DNA of 64,000 nt from the NCBI GenBank assembly GCA_964493895.1, contig CAZBPY010000001.1, positions 27,233 to 91,232 of the forward strand, read 5' to 3'. Numbering within the stretch: position 1 is the stretch's first letter; the number at the start of each line of letters is the position of its first letter. Both the position numbers and the translations under genes were made by a program. Shown piece after piece: positions 6,160 to 15,347 of this stretch. The notes beneath the pieces were generated by a model. It had not been told where the DNA came from. It searched no databases and worked only from the letters and a program-made list of their open reading frames with translations. The stretch comes from an uncultured Candidatus Saccharibacteria bacterium. Its GTDB lineage: Bacteria > Patescibacteriota > Saccharimonadia > Saccharimonadales > JAGQNJ01.

Positions 6160-9038
6160 CGCATAGCTGCAGTGCCGCCGCGCAGATAGTAATAGTCCAG
6201 CACCACACTACGTGAGGTGGTTCCGGCGGTTTTATTCAAGACAACGGCCGGAGCAACATTACGTCCCGAGGCTGTCGGTATGTTCGAGTTTATGGTGCCG
6301 GCTAGGCTGCCATCGATATAGAAAGAGATCGAGGAGGCTGACGAGTTAACCACGATTTTAAAACGTGTCCAGTTAGTGGTAGCGGCTACACTGGTGGTGG
6401 TAGTAGTAAAGGCGCTATTATTGTAACTGAAGATCTTCCAGTTGGCCGATGAAGCTGAATCGAATTCAAAATACACTGAGTTTGGCGTATTAGCATTGGC
6501 ACCGGTGCCAGTCATCAAGCCGGCTCGGAAAACATATGATTGGACAGAGGGCGATGAAATACTATTGAGCTTGGCAGCAAATTCAATTTCCAAGTTGGCC
6601 CCAACCAGCAACTGGGAGTTGCTTCCACCGGTTCCCAGGCCGATTCCAGCCACGCCGCTGTTGGTGGTGCCGGTATCGAAAGTTACGTTTCCGGGTCGAT
6701 CGGCTGTCACAAACGTGCCGTCGGAGGCTACCGAAGAACCTGTGCCGTTTGTGTTTGTAGTCCAGCCTTCCGTTCCTACCGTACCTGAGGAAGGACCACT
6801 GTTTATAAAGTCGTCGCGGATAAAGAATTCACCGCTGCTGGGACTGACTGAGTTACCACAGTTCTTCCAAAATGAAGCAATGGAGCCGCCGTAACAACGG
6901 AATTGGCCAATGGCCGAGTTGTAGTACATTCCTCCTTCCACGCCGGTGGCCTCGGTGGTGTCGCTGTCTGTATCAAGCACGAATTGAGTGGTGTTAGCAT
7001 CACTTACACCTACCCGTAGCAAGGTGTTGGTTGTGTCGGCAGTAAATAAGGCTGTACCGGCGGCATTTTGGATTGTAAAAGCACCTGTCGAGTTAGTTTG
7101 GTTTCGAAGTGTTGTGGCTCCGCCGTCAGCAACATCTACGACGTTTCGAGATGTCGACGTGGTGTCTGTGATACGAAACAATGTACCACTTGCAGCACTA
7201 ATATGCGCTCTGGCCTGGGGGGTCTTAGTACCGACTGCAAAAAAAGTGTCCGTTGTCGTTGCACCATCATGCCCTACGATTAGACCGGTGCCAAATTCTC
7301 CTGCTCCGCTGTTAACGTAGACGTTACCCGTAGTACTCATCGAACCGCTATTAAGACCGGTTGTCAGATATATGTCACCCCCATTGCCACAGAAGGTGCA
7401 GGCGTCAGCTGCCTTTATGATAATATCGCCGGCCGCACCGGAGGTGGGTGTGGTCATGCCTATTGTTCGGCTAGAGTTGTGCGCAAAAGTTAGGTCGGTA
7501 TTAATTGCTGTGCTGGCCAGGTTACTTAACGCTGTGTTGGCCCCACTACCACAGCTCCCCCACTGGATGGTTGTTGAGGTAGAGGTTAGACAATCGCCAT
7601 TGCTGCCACGCGCCAACCGTGTTGAGTTTGAGCCGTTGTGATATAGAAGGTCGCCATTGGTGGTCAGTCCAGAGATGTTGTTGATTGCTCCCTGTGCAGT
7701 TGTCGCGCCCGTACCCCCATAATCAAGGGCTACGGTACTGCCCTGCCAAGTTCCAGCTATGACTTGTCCAGAAGCATTGATTTGGAAAGCGTCAGCAGTA
7801 CCAACAGTAAATAAGCTAGCCGGGCTAGAATCACCGACACCGACATTACCGCCAGACGTTATGCGTATCCTCTCGGTGTTCTGGGTATTGAGGGTAATGG
7901 CTGCCGGAGCTGTCGTACTAGTAGCATCAGCGTCCTGTATGAAGCCCACTGTTGATGCGTTTCCTAGAAGAGCGGCCGGCATGCCAGAAGTAGTCATACC
8001 TGAGGCTCCTAACTGGAATAGTAAATCTCCATCAAGAGATTCCGAAGGCGAGCTCTGATCACCGCGGCCTCTAATGGCAAAAAAGGCGCCGCCGTCCGTG
8101 GCGTTAGACGAGTAGCTTTCGAATCCTTGCCTGGCGGCACCGTTATTATTGATCACAGACAGCGCGATCGCCCCTGGTACAGTGCTATGAAAGACTGGCT
8201 CTCCATCGCCGATAACAACCTGGCCATCAACTTGAAGATCAGCAGTTGGGGCATTAGTTTTGATGCCCACCCTTTCATTGGCAGTATCAACATTGAATAT
8301 AGGTGTACCCCCATCAGCATCGCTAATCTGGAAGCCGGTGGTTGAATCGGTGGTGGTTTTAAAGCTGGCACTGCCCCCATTGCCAATCAACAATACACTG
8401 GTGCCGGCGCGCTGCAGATTGATGATGTCAGCAGTGCCGCCGGTTTTGTTTATAAATATCGATGCATTAGTTGTTGAGGCGTCATTTTGGACACCTTGAG
8501 CAAGCTGAACGAAAGCCGTCGACTGTAAGCCATTCAGAAGGGTTGAGTTGGCTGCCTGGAAGGCTTGAGGTACTGCACCAAACCGTCTAAATGGCAGCAT
8601 TTCTCCATCGTAAGTCGGCGAGGCTGTATTAGCTGTACCACCGATGTCAATCGATAGCCACAAACTGCTTTCATTCCAGTCGACAGAGTTGCCGAAGGCC
8701 TCTAGTGAGCCGAGATAAACCGAGAAATAGCCATTAGCTACCCGAACACGATTGGACTGTTTCCACTCCTCTGTCCAAACCAGGGTACCGCTACAGGGAG
8801 ACGAGCCACCGCCTACACAGCCATCGCCACCTTCGTAGACCTTAAAGCGCATGTTGTAGTCGCCATCGGCCACCACCGCTCCGGTACTAGTTAGCAGTCG
8901 CCCCTGATAGTTAATCTGTTCGTTAATCGCGGCATTGGTTGGCCTAGAGGAAACTGCCAGAACGGTAAAAATCAATAAAAAGGCCAAAAGCTTGGCTACA
9001 GAGGTAGTTCGACTGATTTTCGTAATTTTTGTGTTCAT
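6156..9038 (-). CDS. large secreted Gly/Thr/Ser/Ala-rich surface protein with LamG/concanavalin-like C-terminus
   Basis: Signal peptide (..TNA|AINEQ). N-terminal INYQGRL..G..V.DG.Y...F..Y module common in fibre/adhesin-like proteins. C-terminal ~200 aa (NWTRFKIVVNSSASSISFYIDGSLAG) looks like a jelly-roll lectin fold. Confidence 0.7.
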   Translation of the reverse strand: MNTKITKISRTTSVAKLLAFLLIFTVLAVSSRPTNAAINEQINYQGRLLTSTGAVVADGDYNMRFKVYEGGDGCVGGGSSPCSGTLVWTEEWKQSNRVRVANGYFSVYLGSLEAFGNSVDWNESSLWLSIDIGGTANTASPTYDGEMLPFRRFGAVPQAFQAANSTLLNGLQSTAFVQLAQGVQNDASTTNASIFINKTGGTADIINLQRAGTSVLLIGNGGSASFKTTTDSTTGFQISDADGGTPIFNVDTANERVGIKTNAPTADLQVDGQVVIGDGEPVFHSTVPGAIALSVINNNGAARQGFESYSSNATDGGAFFAIRGRGDQSSPSESLDGDLLFQLGASGMTTSGMPAALLGNASTVGFIQDADATSTTAPAAITLNTQNTERIRITSGGNVGVGDSSPASLFTVGTADAFQINASGQVIAGTWQGSTVALDYGGTGATTAQGAINNISGLTTNGDLLYHNGSNSTRLARGSNGDCLTSTSTTIQWGSCGSGANTALSNLASTAINTDLTFAHNSSRTIGMTTPTSGAAGDIIIKAADACTFCGNGGDIYLTTGLNSGSMSTTGNVYVNSGAGEFGTGLIVGHDGATTTDTFFAVGTKTPQARAHISAASGTLFRITDTTSTSRNVVDVADGGATTLRNQTNSTGAFTIQNAAGTALFTADTTNTLLRVGVSDANTTQFVLDTDSDTTEATGVEGGMYYNSAIGQFRCYGGSIASFWKNCGNSVSPSSGEFFIRDDFINSGPSSGTVGTEGWTTNTNGTGSSVASDGTFVTADRPGNVTFDTGTTNSGVAGIGLGTGGSNSQLLVGANLEIEFAAKLNSISSPSVQSYVFRAGLMTGTGANANTPNSVYFEFDSASSANWKIFSYNNSAFTTTTTSVAATTNWTRFKIVVNSSASSISFYIDGSLAGTINSNIPTASGRNVAPAVVLNKTAGTTSRSVVLDYYYLRGGTAAMR

Positions 9039-9141
9039 TTTTGTTTTTGGAGTGAACTACCCTGTTAGAGTAGCACATAGAAACTACCACGGACAAGCAT
9101 TTTTGAATAAATTTGTCTCTTACTGAACTAGCATTATCCGG

Positions 9142-10089
9142 CTAGTTTGATAAATGCTGATCTGAGGGTGGGTTCTGCTGCCTCTTATGGCGCCGATGAT
9201 TTATGTACAATCCAAGCAAGATTCCAATCAGCACCAAGATCAGGAAGATAATCAACCACAGCCACCACGGCAGGCCCTCAACCCTATCGATGATGCTTGG
9301 GCGAGAATCTTCTTTCTCATCAACCGGACCGTTGACCACTGCTACTGTTTGAATGTAGGCTTTTTGGCCGATGTTGTCACTAGCAAAAATCCGAATAATC
9401 CTTGTACCGGGAGTCTTGAAAACGTGACTAGCCAAAAATGGTCCGTTGGATTTTAGAGCAATAATGTCTTCAGTATCATCACCCCAATCAATTTTGATTG
9501 CGTAAGGGGGTACGCCGCCGATAACTGACGGTTCGATTTCAAAAGGATCACCCGGAAAGATTCCTCGGTAATCTGTGTCAATCTGTAACAGTAATTGGGC
9601 TACATCGCTAGGCGTAGTTTGTGCCCCACCTCCGCCAGAGGGTATAGGTTGAGGAGTTATTGGTCGATAACTCACTTCTACTGGCGCCGAATCAGGACCA
9701 TACTGTCCCAGACTGTCCTTGATCTTGGCAATCAAAATGTTTTTACCAAAAAACAAATCAATATTAATTGAAAAGGTGCCATTGCCTTGACATGAGCCAG
9801 AGCCGGCAAAGACATTATTCTTGTAAATCTCTATGGTGGTATTGCCTGTACAGGTACCAATGACTGTTATTGGCGATGTCGTAAAATGTTGTCCATTGAC
9901 TGGCTGATTTATGACAGCTGGCTGGGACGGCGGTGAAGCCGGCACCGTACCCTGCACATTAATTTCTCCATCAATTGGATTAGCCAAGACCGGCACAACC
10001 AAGCCTAGACTGAATACGCCCAGGCAGATTGCAAGCACTAGGCAGCTCCATCGCTGCAAACGACTGTGACTAAAGGGCCGCCACGCCAT
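9142..10089 (-). CDS. surface protein with Ig-like + PKD domains and a C-terminal TM anchor
   Basis: Likely start is M31 of the track ORF (MAWRPF..., signal/TM), which removes the 86-nt overlap with the upstream gene. PKD-like IKIDWGDDTEDI...HVFKTPGTRIIRIFASD. C-terminal TM WWLWLIIFLILVLIGILLGLYI followed by a basic tail. Confidence 0.65.
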   Translation of the reverse strand: MAWRPFSHSRLQRWSCLVLAICLGVFSLGLVVPVLANPIDGEINVQGTVPASPPSQPAVINQPVNGQHFTTSPITVIGTCTGNTTIEIYKNNVFAGSGSCQGNGTFSINIDLFFGKNILIAKIKDSLGQYGPDSAPVEVSYRPITPQPIPSGGGGAQTTPSDVAQLLLQIDTDYRGIFPGDPFEIEPSVIGGVPPYAIKIDWGDDTEDIIALKSNGPFLASHVFKTPGTRIIRIFASDNIGQKAYIQTVAVVNGPVDEKEDSRPSIIDRVEGLPWWLWLIIFLILVLIGILLGLYINHRRHKRQQNPPSDQHLSN

Positions 10090-10093
10090 ATAA

Positions 10094-11185
10094 TTACTGA
10101 TTGTTAGTTGGTGCGGGCGGTGTTGGAGCCGGAGGTTCGTTATTGTCGTCTGTAGGTTTGTGAACAGCTCCCGGTTCATGAGGTGCTGGTCCGCCAGGTC
10201 CAGCCGTCTCTGAGTGTCCGTGTTTGATATCGTCTTCGCGGTGAATTTCTTCGGCTACATGTTTCCTGTATCGCTTTAGCAGGAAGACAATGATCAGTAT
10301 TAGAAGAATCAGACCGCCGAGTACCGCTAGTACCATTTTGTATGGCACTACCCAAAAGGTTATTTCACTATCCAAAGTCTGATTGTCGCCGTAAGTCAGG
10401 CTCAGAACTGCTTTGTACCGCCCGAACATATTTGTTTTGTCGAGCGTTTGTTCGAACTTGCGGATACTCGATGGCAAGATATTGCCGCCACTTTCATTGA
10501 CGTTAAGGCTAGCGACTTCCTTTCCGAAGGTATCGGTGATTTTGATTGTTCCGGTTGGCTTGAAGTGAACGTTACCGGTGTTGTTAATGCGTTCAGTAAA
10601 GTCCAGTGGCCCTTTTTCAAAGAAAGTTCCCTGTTTGCCATCTTGGCTGATAGAGAATTGCTCGACAGAACCCTGTATACGCACATCACCAGATACATTC
10701 AACAAGACTAGCGTGCCAATACTGGCTGATAGTGATACTCCTGTTTCATCTAAACCGACTGGTTGGGCTGTAAACCTTACCACCCCATAATGCCCGCCTG
10801 GCGAAGCATCTTGCGGCACATTAATTGTTATCTGAGCAGTCTTAATCTCTCGTGGTGCTAGGCGCAGACTTGGGATTTGACTGACCCAGGGCTTGAATGT
10901 GTAGGGTGATGGTTCGGAGCTGTCGCCAACTAGAATCTTTGGTTGGCCATCTTCGTCGTCTCCGGCTACAAAATCGTCAATCTCACCATTAGCAATCACT
11001 TCTGTTTCGGTGATATTACGAACTCGTATATCAATCACTATTGACTGGCCTGGATCTACTTGTTCATCAACTAACGGGGGTGAAATTTCTAAACCTTGGC
11101 CTGATTGCTGAGCTCCAACCGTACCAAATATCGGCACTAGCAGCAAAGCGATCAGTAAAATCGCTGCAAAAAGTCTTTTTTTCAT
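10094..11185 (-). CDS. two-domain surface protein with C-terminal TM anchor, DUF916/DUF3324 (CscA)-like
   Basis: Signal peptide, two beta-rich halves (GLEISPP...VIDIRVRNITE...GGHYGVVRF, then LVLLNVSGDV...FGRYKAVLSLTYG), TM LAVLGGLILLILIIVFLL, and a basic/Pro-rich cytoplasmic tail. Architecture recalled from Firmicutes csc/WxL clusters; not verified. Confidence 0.55.
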   Translation of the reverse strand: MKKRLFAAILLIALLLVPIFGTVGAQQSGQGLEISPPLVDEQVDPGQSIVIDIRVRNITETEVIANGEIDDFVAGDDEDGQPKILVGDSSEPSPYTFKPWVSQIPSLRLAPREIKTAQITINVPQDASPGGHYGVVRFTAQPVGLDETGVSLSASIGTLVLLNVSGDVRIQGSVEQFSISQDGKQGTFFEKGPLDFTERINNTGNVHFKPTGTIKITDTFGKEVASLNVNESGGNILPSSIRKFEQTLDKTNMFGRYKAVLSLTYGDNQTLDSEITFWVVPYKMVLAVLGGLILLILIIVFLLKRYRKHVAEEIHREDDIKHGHSETAGPGGPAPHEPGAVHKPTDDNNEPPAPTPPAPTNNQ

Positions 11186-11260
11186 ATAAATTACATCCTC
11201 ACCTTTTAAGCTTTAGCGTTATTATAACTGTAGTTTTTTATTGAATCAACCAGTTATCCC

Positions 11261-12307
11261 CTAAAACGTTGCTGTGCAAATGTAGGTAATTGTAGTGGTG
11301 TAACTGCCAGCTTCCTGGACACCGCTAATGTTGGCAATGTAGGAAACTGTGTAGGTGGTAGTGTCACTAGGCGCATTGTCAGAGTCAGCAATGGTGGTAA
11401 GGGTACTGGCTACAAAAGCGTACTCATCAGCGGTATCGTAGTTGTTAGCAGCTTGACCGCTACCCCCGGAGGGTGCAGCCGAGCTAGTTACACCAGTGTT
11501 GGGACCAGTAGCATTAATGCCGAATTGACTAGTACCGGGATCAGAAGCTGTACCGGTTCCGCCAATGGCAGCAATGGTGTTACTGCCACTAGTTAGAGTT
11601 GGCCCAAAGTACTGGATTACATAACCGCCGTCAGCGTTAGTAGCAGCATCCATTTTGCTAATTCCGCCGGTTAGATCACTGGTAGTTAGATTACCCAAAG
11701 CTACGGATGAACCGGAGGCGGCACAGTTAGCACCAGTGTATACACAGAAGGTTAGAGTTTCATTGACAGAGGCAGTGACGGTGATTTGGTTGGCGGTGCT
11801 GGAGGCTACCGTACCAGTATCGGTGGCACCGGAAGTAGCATCGGTGCTGGTATAGGTAGTGATCCGTACATAAAAAGTTGTGTTGCTTGTCGATGGGTTA
11901 TCTATATCCCCTAGAGTAAATGATACTGCGGTTGTAGCCGCACAACTGGTGGCGCTACGGGTTACATAGGGAGCCCCATTGCTGGTGTTTTCTATGGTGA
12001 AACCGGTACAGCCAGTCTGGGCATCGAGACTGGCACTAGTTGTATCAAGGCCTGTAGGTGTAGTACAGGTTCCAGCGGCGGCTGTACAATATTCAAATTC
12101 TATCGATCCGATGTTAGCGGTGGTAGCAATTGTAAAATCAAATTTATGATCATTTGTGGCACTAGCTGCAGAGGAACTTATGGTAACCTTTCGAGCTGTC
12201 AGTTGAGCCGCCTGGGCAGGAGCCGGACGAAAAGCCAAACACGCTAAAATCAATAAAAACAGTCCAGCTAGTATGCCGAAATTGACTCTTCTAATTGTTT
12301 TTGTCAT
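11261..12307 (-). CDS. secreted Thr/Ser/Ala-rich beta protein, paralog of 12381-13115 (WxL-domain-like?)
   Basis: Signal peptide ending AQAAQ. Shares blocks GGYVIQYFG, QFGINATG, YTVSYIANISGV and AGSYTTTITYICTATF(end) with the neighbouring gene. Confidence 0.6.
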   Translation of the reverse strand: MTKTIRRVNFGILAGLFLLILACLAFRPAPAQAAQLTARKVTISSSAASATNDHKFDFTIATTANIGSIEFEYCTAAAGTCTTPTGLDTTSASLDAQTGCTGFTIENTSNGAPYVTRSATSCAATTAVSFTLGDIDNPSTSNTTFYVRITTYTSTDATSGATDTGTVASSTANQITVTASVNETLTFCVYTGANCAASGSSVALGNLTTSDLTGGISKMDAATNADGGYVIQYFGPTLTSGSNTIAAIGGTGTASDPGTSQFGINATGPNTGVTSSAAPSGGSGQAANNYDTADEYAFVASTLTTIADSDNAPSDTTTYTVSYIANISGVQEAGSYTTTITYICTATF

Positions 12308-12380
12308 TTTTTACCCTTATTATTGACTCTATTTTAACATTAGTGTAATGTTCGTCAAACTTTTTATGCACAACAATAAC

Positions 12381-13115
12381 TTAATATGTACCTACACATA
12401 TAAATCCTTGCTTACCAGTATAGTTTCCTCCGGGGGTTACAGAGCTAATATTAACGATATATGAAACTGTGTAGTTGGTTTGGCCTGAGCTTTGGGTAGC
12501 ACTAGCTACGGTTTCGCCAGGAACATAACGAAACTGATTGGCCGTGGAGTAACCACCCGCGGCTCCACCGAAAGAAAAGGTATTATCCGGCACCTGGACT
12601 GGATCGGCCCCAAAAGTAACCGGAGAAGTATTGGCTCTGAGATTAATTCCAAATTGCTCTACCCCAGTTTGTGAGGCATCGGTTGAACTCATACCGGACA
12701 GAACGTGACTGCCGCTAGACGGTGGATCGCCAAAAGCCTGAACTACATATCCATAACTTGTGTAATTTAAAACACTGAAGGTAGCATTACCAGTTTTAGC
12801 GGTAACGGTTGAAAGTCCGCCTAGATCCAAGGAGCTGGTATTAACTATAAATGCCAAACGCGGCTCACCATCAGTTACATAGCCTGACTGCAACCGATTG
12901 CCATCAGACACACCGCTATCGCCAATAGCATTATCGCCAATGGTGTCTCTACCGCTGTAGTTCGTCGATCCATCGTCGACCGCCCCGCCCGTGCCGATAA
13001 ACTGTTCTTGAATACTATAATTATTCGAGCTCGACTGAGCATACAGCGTCGGAACAGTTGTGATAACCAAAATCAAACTAGTAAACAGGATAATTGTTTG
13101 CAGCTTTTTAAGCAT
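12381..13115 (-). CDS. secreted beta protein, paralog of 11261-12307 (WxL-domain-like?)
   Basis: Signal peptide ..LYAQS. Blocks YGYVVQAFG, QFGINLRAN, YTVSYIVNISSV and GGNYTGKQGFICVGTY(end). TATACT lies 8 nt upstream of the ATG. Confidence 0.6.
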   Translation of the reverse strand: MLKKLQTIILFTSLILVITTVPTLYAQSSSNNYSIQEQFIGTGGAVDDGSTNYSGRDTIGDNAIGDSGVSDGNRLQSGYVTDGEPRLAFIVNTSSLDLGGLSTVTAKTGNATFSVLNYTSYGYVVQAFGDPPSSGSHVLSGMSSTDASQTGVEQFGINLRANTSPVTFGADPVQVPDNTFSFGGAAGGYSTANQFRYVPGETVASATQSSGQTNYTVSYIVNISSVTPGGNYTGKQGFICVGTY

Positions 13116-13160
13116 ATGCTTTAAGTATAACCTACTCTTGTGAAAGCTGTCTCCTGCTCA

Positions 13161-14390
13161 TCAAAAAGGAAACTTCACCGCCTTACCAAAGTTTTGACCC
13201 AAAAATAGTGCCAAAACTTGGGCTATCGACCTATCTTCTTTCGATGCCTCATGAGTAGTTGCTTTTCTGTGAAAGTAAAGATAGATGTTGCGATCAGAGA
13301 TACCGTTTTGACTGCGGCGTATTGCATCGACGGCTCTTATAGCTGATTCGAGGTCAGATTGATTGCAACTTTGTAAAGTTGTGCGAAATTCCAAAGGTGT
13401 GCCCAGGATAGCTGTTTTGACTCTATCGGCTACAGTTATTTGTGGTGTACTTTTTGGCCTACGGCCACTACTAGCATGGTGCCGACTACCTTGCTGACGC
13501 GTTGTCTGATCATGGTGGCGTCGTTCTTCCCGATTACGGGCAGTTTCTTGTCTGCCCCTCTCTCTCATCCTAGCTGCACCTCTTAATTCATCAGTTACTC
13601 TGGGCTCATAGGCAGCGTAGTTTAATGAACGAAGTTTAACCCCCCGCGCTCTAAAGGATAAGTAGCCGAGCATTGTCTCTCTGGCCTCCGGTGATGAAGC
13701 ATATTCGTTTACAAGCCGAGCACCTTCTTTATAACTATCGTCAGAGAGCCGGACAGCTCTAGCCAGTACTTTTTTGTCCAAAGCCGCCATCATAACCAAT
13801 CTGGCTGCGCGACTAGAGGCATACTGCGTAGCTGCATAATTATCTGATGGGTTGGGTTTGTTGTTAGCTCGATAGTACAAGCGACTATCTAGGGCACTGC
13901 GCAGACCTTGGCGCATTACGTCTGTAAATGCATATTCGTCTATCAAGCCTATTGCGACATCCGGATCTTGTCGCCCCACCAGCCTCATCTCGGCTTCAAA
14001 AAACAATCGCCGCATCAGGGCAACATGAGCTAGGCCAAAATATTTATCCTTGATTTCTTCATATGCCAGCAGGGCTGGTTTAAACTCATCGGCATAAGCA
14101 ACAGCCTTGATAGCATTAACCTCCTCCTTATGTTCGTCTGCAATGTCACCGCCGATAGTTTCAAGCCAAAATAAGGCCGGTTCTTCGATACAGGCTTTGT
14201 TGGTTTTGAAAGTTGAATCAGCCTCGTCCTCATACCCAGCTAGATACCGAGGAACAATTAAATTGCTCTGGGGTTGGAATGGCGCCCAGCCAGATGCCAA
14301 TTCATCTAAGGCTGCCCTGTTGCCAGCTGCTTCCATAGCTATTTGATTCTCGTATGCTAGATATATTCCTTCTAAGTTGGGGCGAGCCAT
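13161..14390 (-). CDS. hypothetical cytoplasmic protein with internal Arg/His/Gln-rich linker
   Basis: 409-aa ORF with GAGGAG SD 8 nt upstream. No motif recognised. Basic low-complexity stretch RMRERGRQETARNREERRHHDQTTRQQGSRHHASSGRRPK. Confidence 0.55.
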   Translation of the reverse strand: MARPNLEGIYLAYENQIAMEAAGNRAALDELASGWAPFQPQSNLIVPRYLAGYEDEADSTFKTNKACIEEPALFWLETIGGDIADEHKEEVNAIKAVAYADEFKPALLAYEEIKDKYFGLAHVALMRRLFFEAEMRLVGRQDPDVAIGLIDEYAFTDVMRQGLRSALDSRLYYRANNKPNPSDNYAATQYASSRAARLVMMAALDKKVLARAVRLSDDSYKEGARLVNEYASSPEARETMLGYLSFRARGVKLRSLNYAAYEPRVTDELRGAARMRERGRQETARNREERRHHDQTTRQQGSRHHASSGRRPKSTPQITVADRVKTAILGTPLEFRTTLQSCNQSDLESAIRAVDAIRRSQNGISDRNIYLYFHRKATTHEASKEDRSIAQVLALFLGQNFGKAVKFPF

Positions 14391-14454
14391 GTACTAATTG
14401 TCTCCTCACTGCTTACCACAAATGTAATTATAAACTAAAGTTGCAGCCCAAACT

Positions 14455-14480
14455 AAAAACCCCCGGACTAGGCCAGGGGC
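14455..14480 (-). terminator. intrinsic terminator downstream of the RRM gene
   Basis: On the minus-strand RNA: CCCCUGG / CCGGGGG 7-bp stem (one G-U, which would be a C-A mismatch on the other strand), 6-nt loop, then UUUUU. Confidence 0.5.
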
Positions 14481-14500
14481 TTAAACGAATCCTGTTGACC

Positions 14501-14752
14501 CTACTCGCGGGGGCGAGCTTCGTTGACGCGAATTCGACGACCGCTAACTTCTTGACCGTCAAGGCCCTTGATAGCGGCTTGAGCTTCTTCGACAGTCGAA
14601 AATTCTACAAAGCCAAAACCTTTAGATTGTCCGCTGTCTCGGTCTTTGATGACCACAGCTGATTCAACTGTTCCGAATTGCTTGAAAGCTTCAGCTAGAT
14701 CATCATCGCTCATTGCGTATGCTAATCCGCCGACATATAGTTTACTAGCCAT
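14501..14752 (-). CDS. RRM-type RNA-binding protein
   Basis: RNP-2 LYVGGL and RNP-1 KGFGFVEF in an 83-aa single-RRM protein. AAGGAAG SD. Confidence 0.85.
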   Translation of the reverse strand: MASKLYVGGLAYAMSDDDLAEAFKQFGTVESAVVIKDRDSGQSKGFGFVEFSTVEEAQAAIKGLDGQEVSGRRIRVNEARPRE

Positions 14753-14859
14753 TCTTATCTTCCTTCTTAAATATTTCCCAGGTCGACCTTCTACACACCA
14801 ACTGGCTAGTAAAACCTGTTGCTCCTGATACTACCAGCTCACCCCTGAAAAGTAAAGTT

Positions 14860-15267
14860 TCAGTCCAGTCTTGTTCCCGTCTTCTTCGCCAATAAATCCG
14901 TGCGACGATAAAGTTCATCAATTTGTTTTTGGGTTTGCCGGTTGGTCATCGCCTGTGGTTGCTTTTCAAGTTTGTGCAGCATCCCGTAAATCTCGTGAAT
15001 GTCGCTCTCGTGAGCCTTAACATTTCCCACCAGATCTTCGACTCGTTCACCAAGCTCTCTGACCTCTTTTTCTAGACGCGTTAACCTTAGTTCGACTTCT
15101 GCTATTGTTTTCTCTAGGTTTTCAAGCCGACCATCAATGACATCTATCCGACTATCGATCTTGTCGAGCCGGATATAAACTTCGTCGAATTGCGGTGTCA
15201 CCAAAGTCTGGATGCCGTCAGTTACGATATTTTTAATCTGGTCTAGGTCAGTGGCAGTTAGGCTCAT
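14860..15267 (-). CDS. hypothetical coiled-coil protein
   Basis: 135 aa with heptad-like LENLEKTIAEVELRLTRLEKEVRELGERVEDL. No catalytic motif. Confidence 0.5.
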   Translation of the reverse strand: MSLTATDLDQIKNIVTDGIQTLVTPQFDEVYIRLDKIDSRIDVIDGRLENLEKTIAEVELRLTRLEKEVRELGERVEDLVGNVKAHESDIHEIYGMLHKLEKQPQAMTNRQTQKQIDELYRRTDLLAKKTGTRLD

Positions 15268-15347
15268 AGTGCTACCTATTTTATCAAAATATTTAGCTCA
15301 CCCAACTTTGAAATGGATGTATTTAAGATTCTTTTAATTTATCGGGG

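Noticed and set aside
6442-8499. Many 60-150 aa ORFs on the plus strand (6442-6894, 6988-7320, 7372-7641, 7759-8058, 8260-8499 and others) antisense to the 960-aa surface gene.
   Set aside because: They are shadow ORFs of a Gly/Thr/Ala/Ser-rich gene, whose antisense strand is poor in stop codons. They have no start context and no SD or -10, and their translations are low complexity. The long minus-strand ORF has a signal peptide and domain structure.
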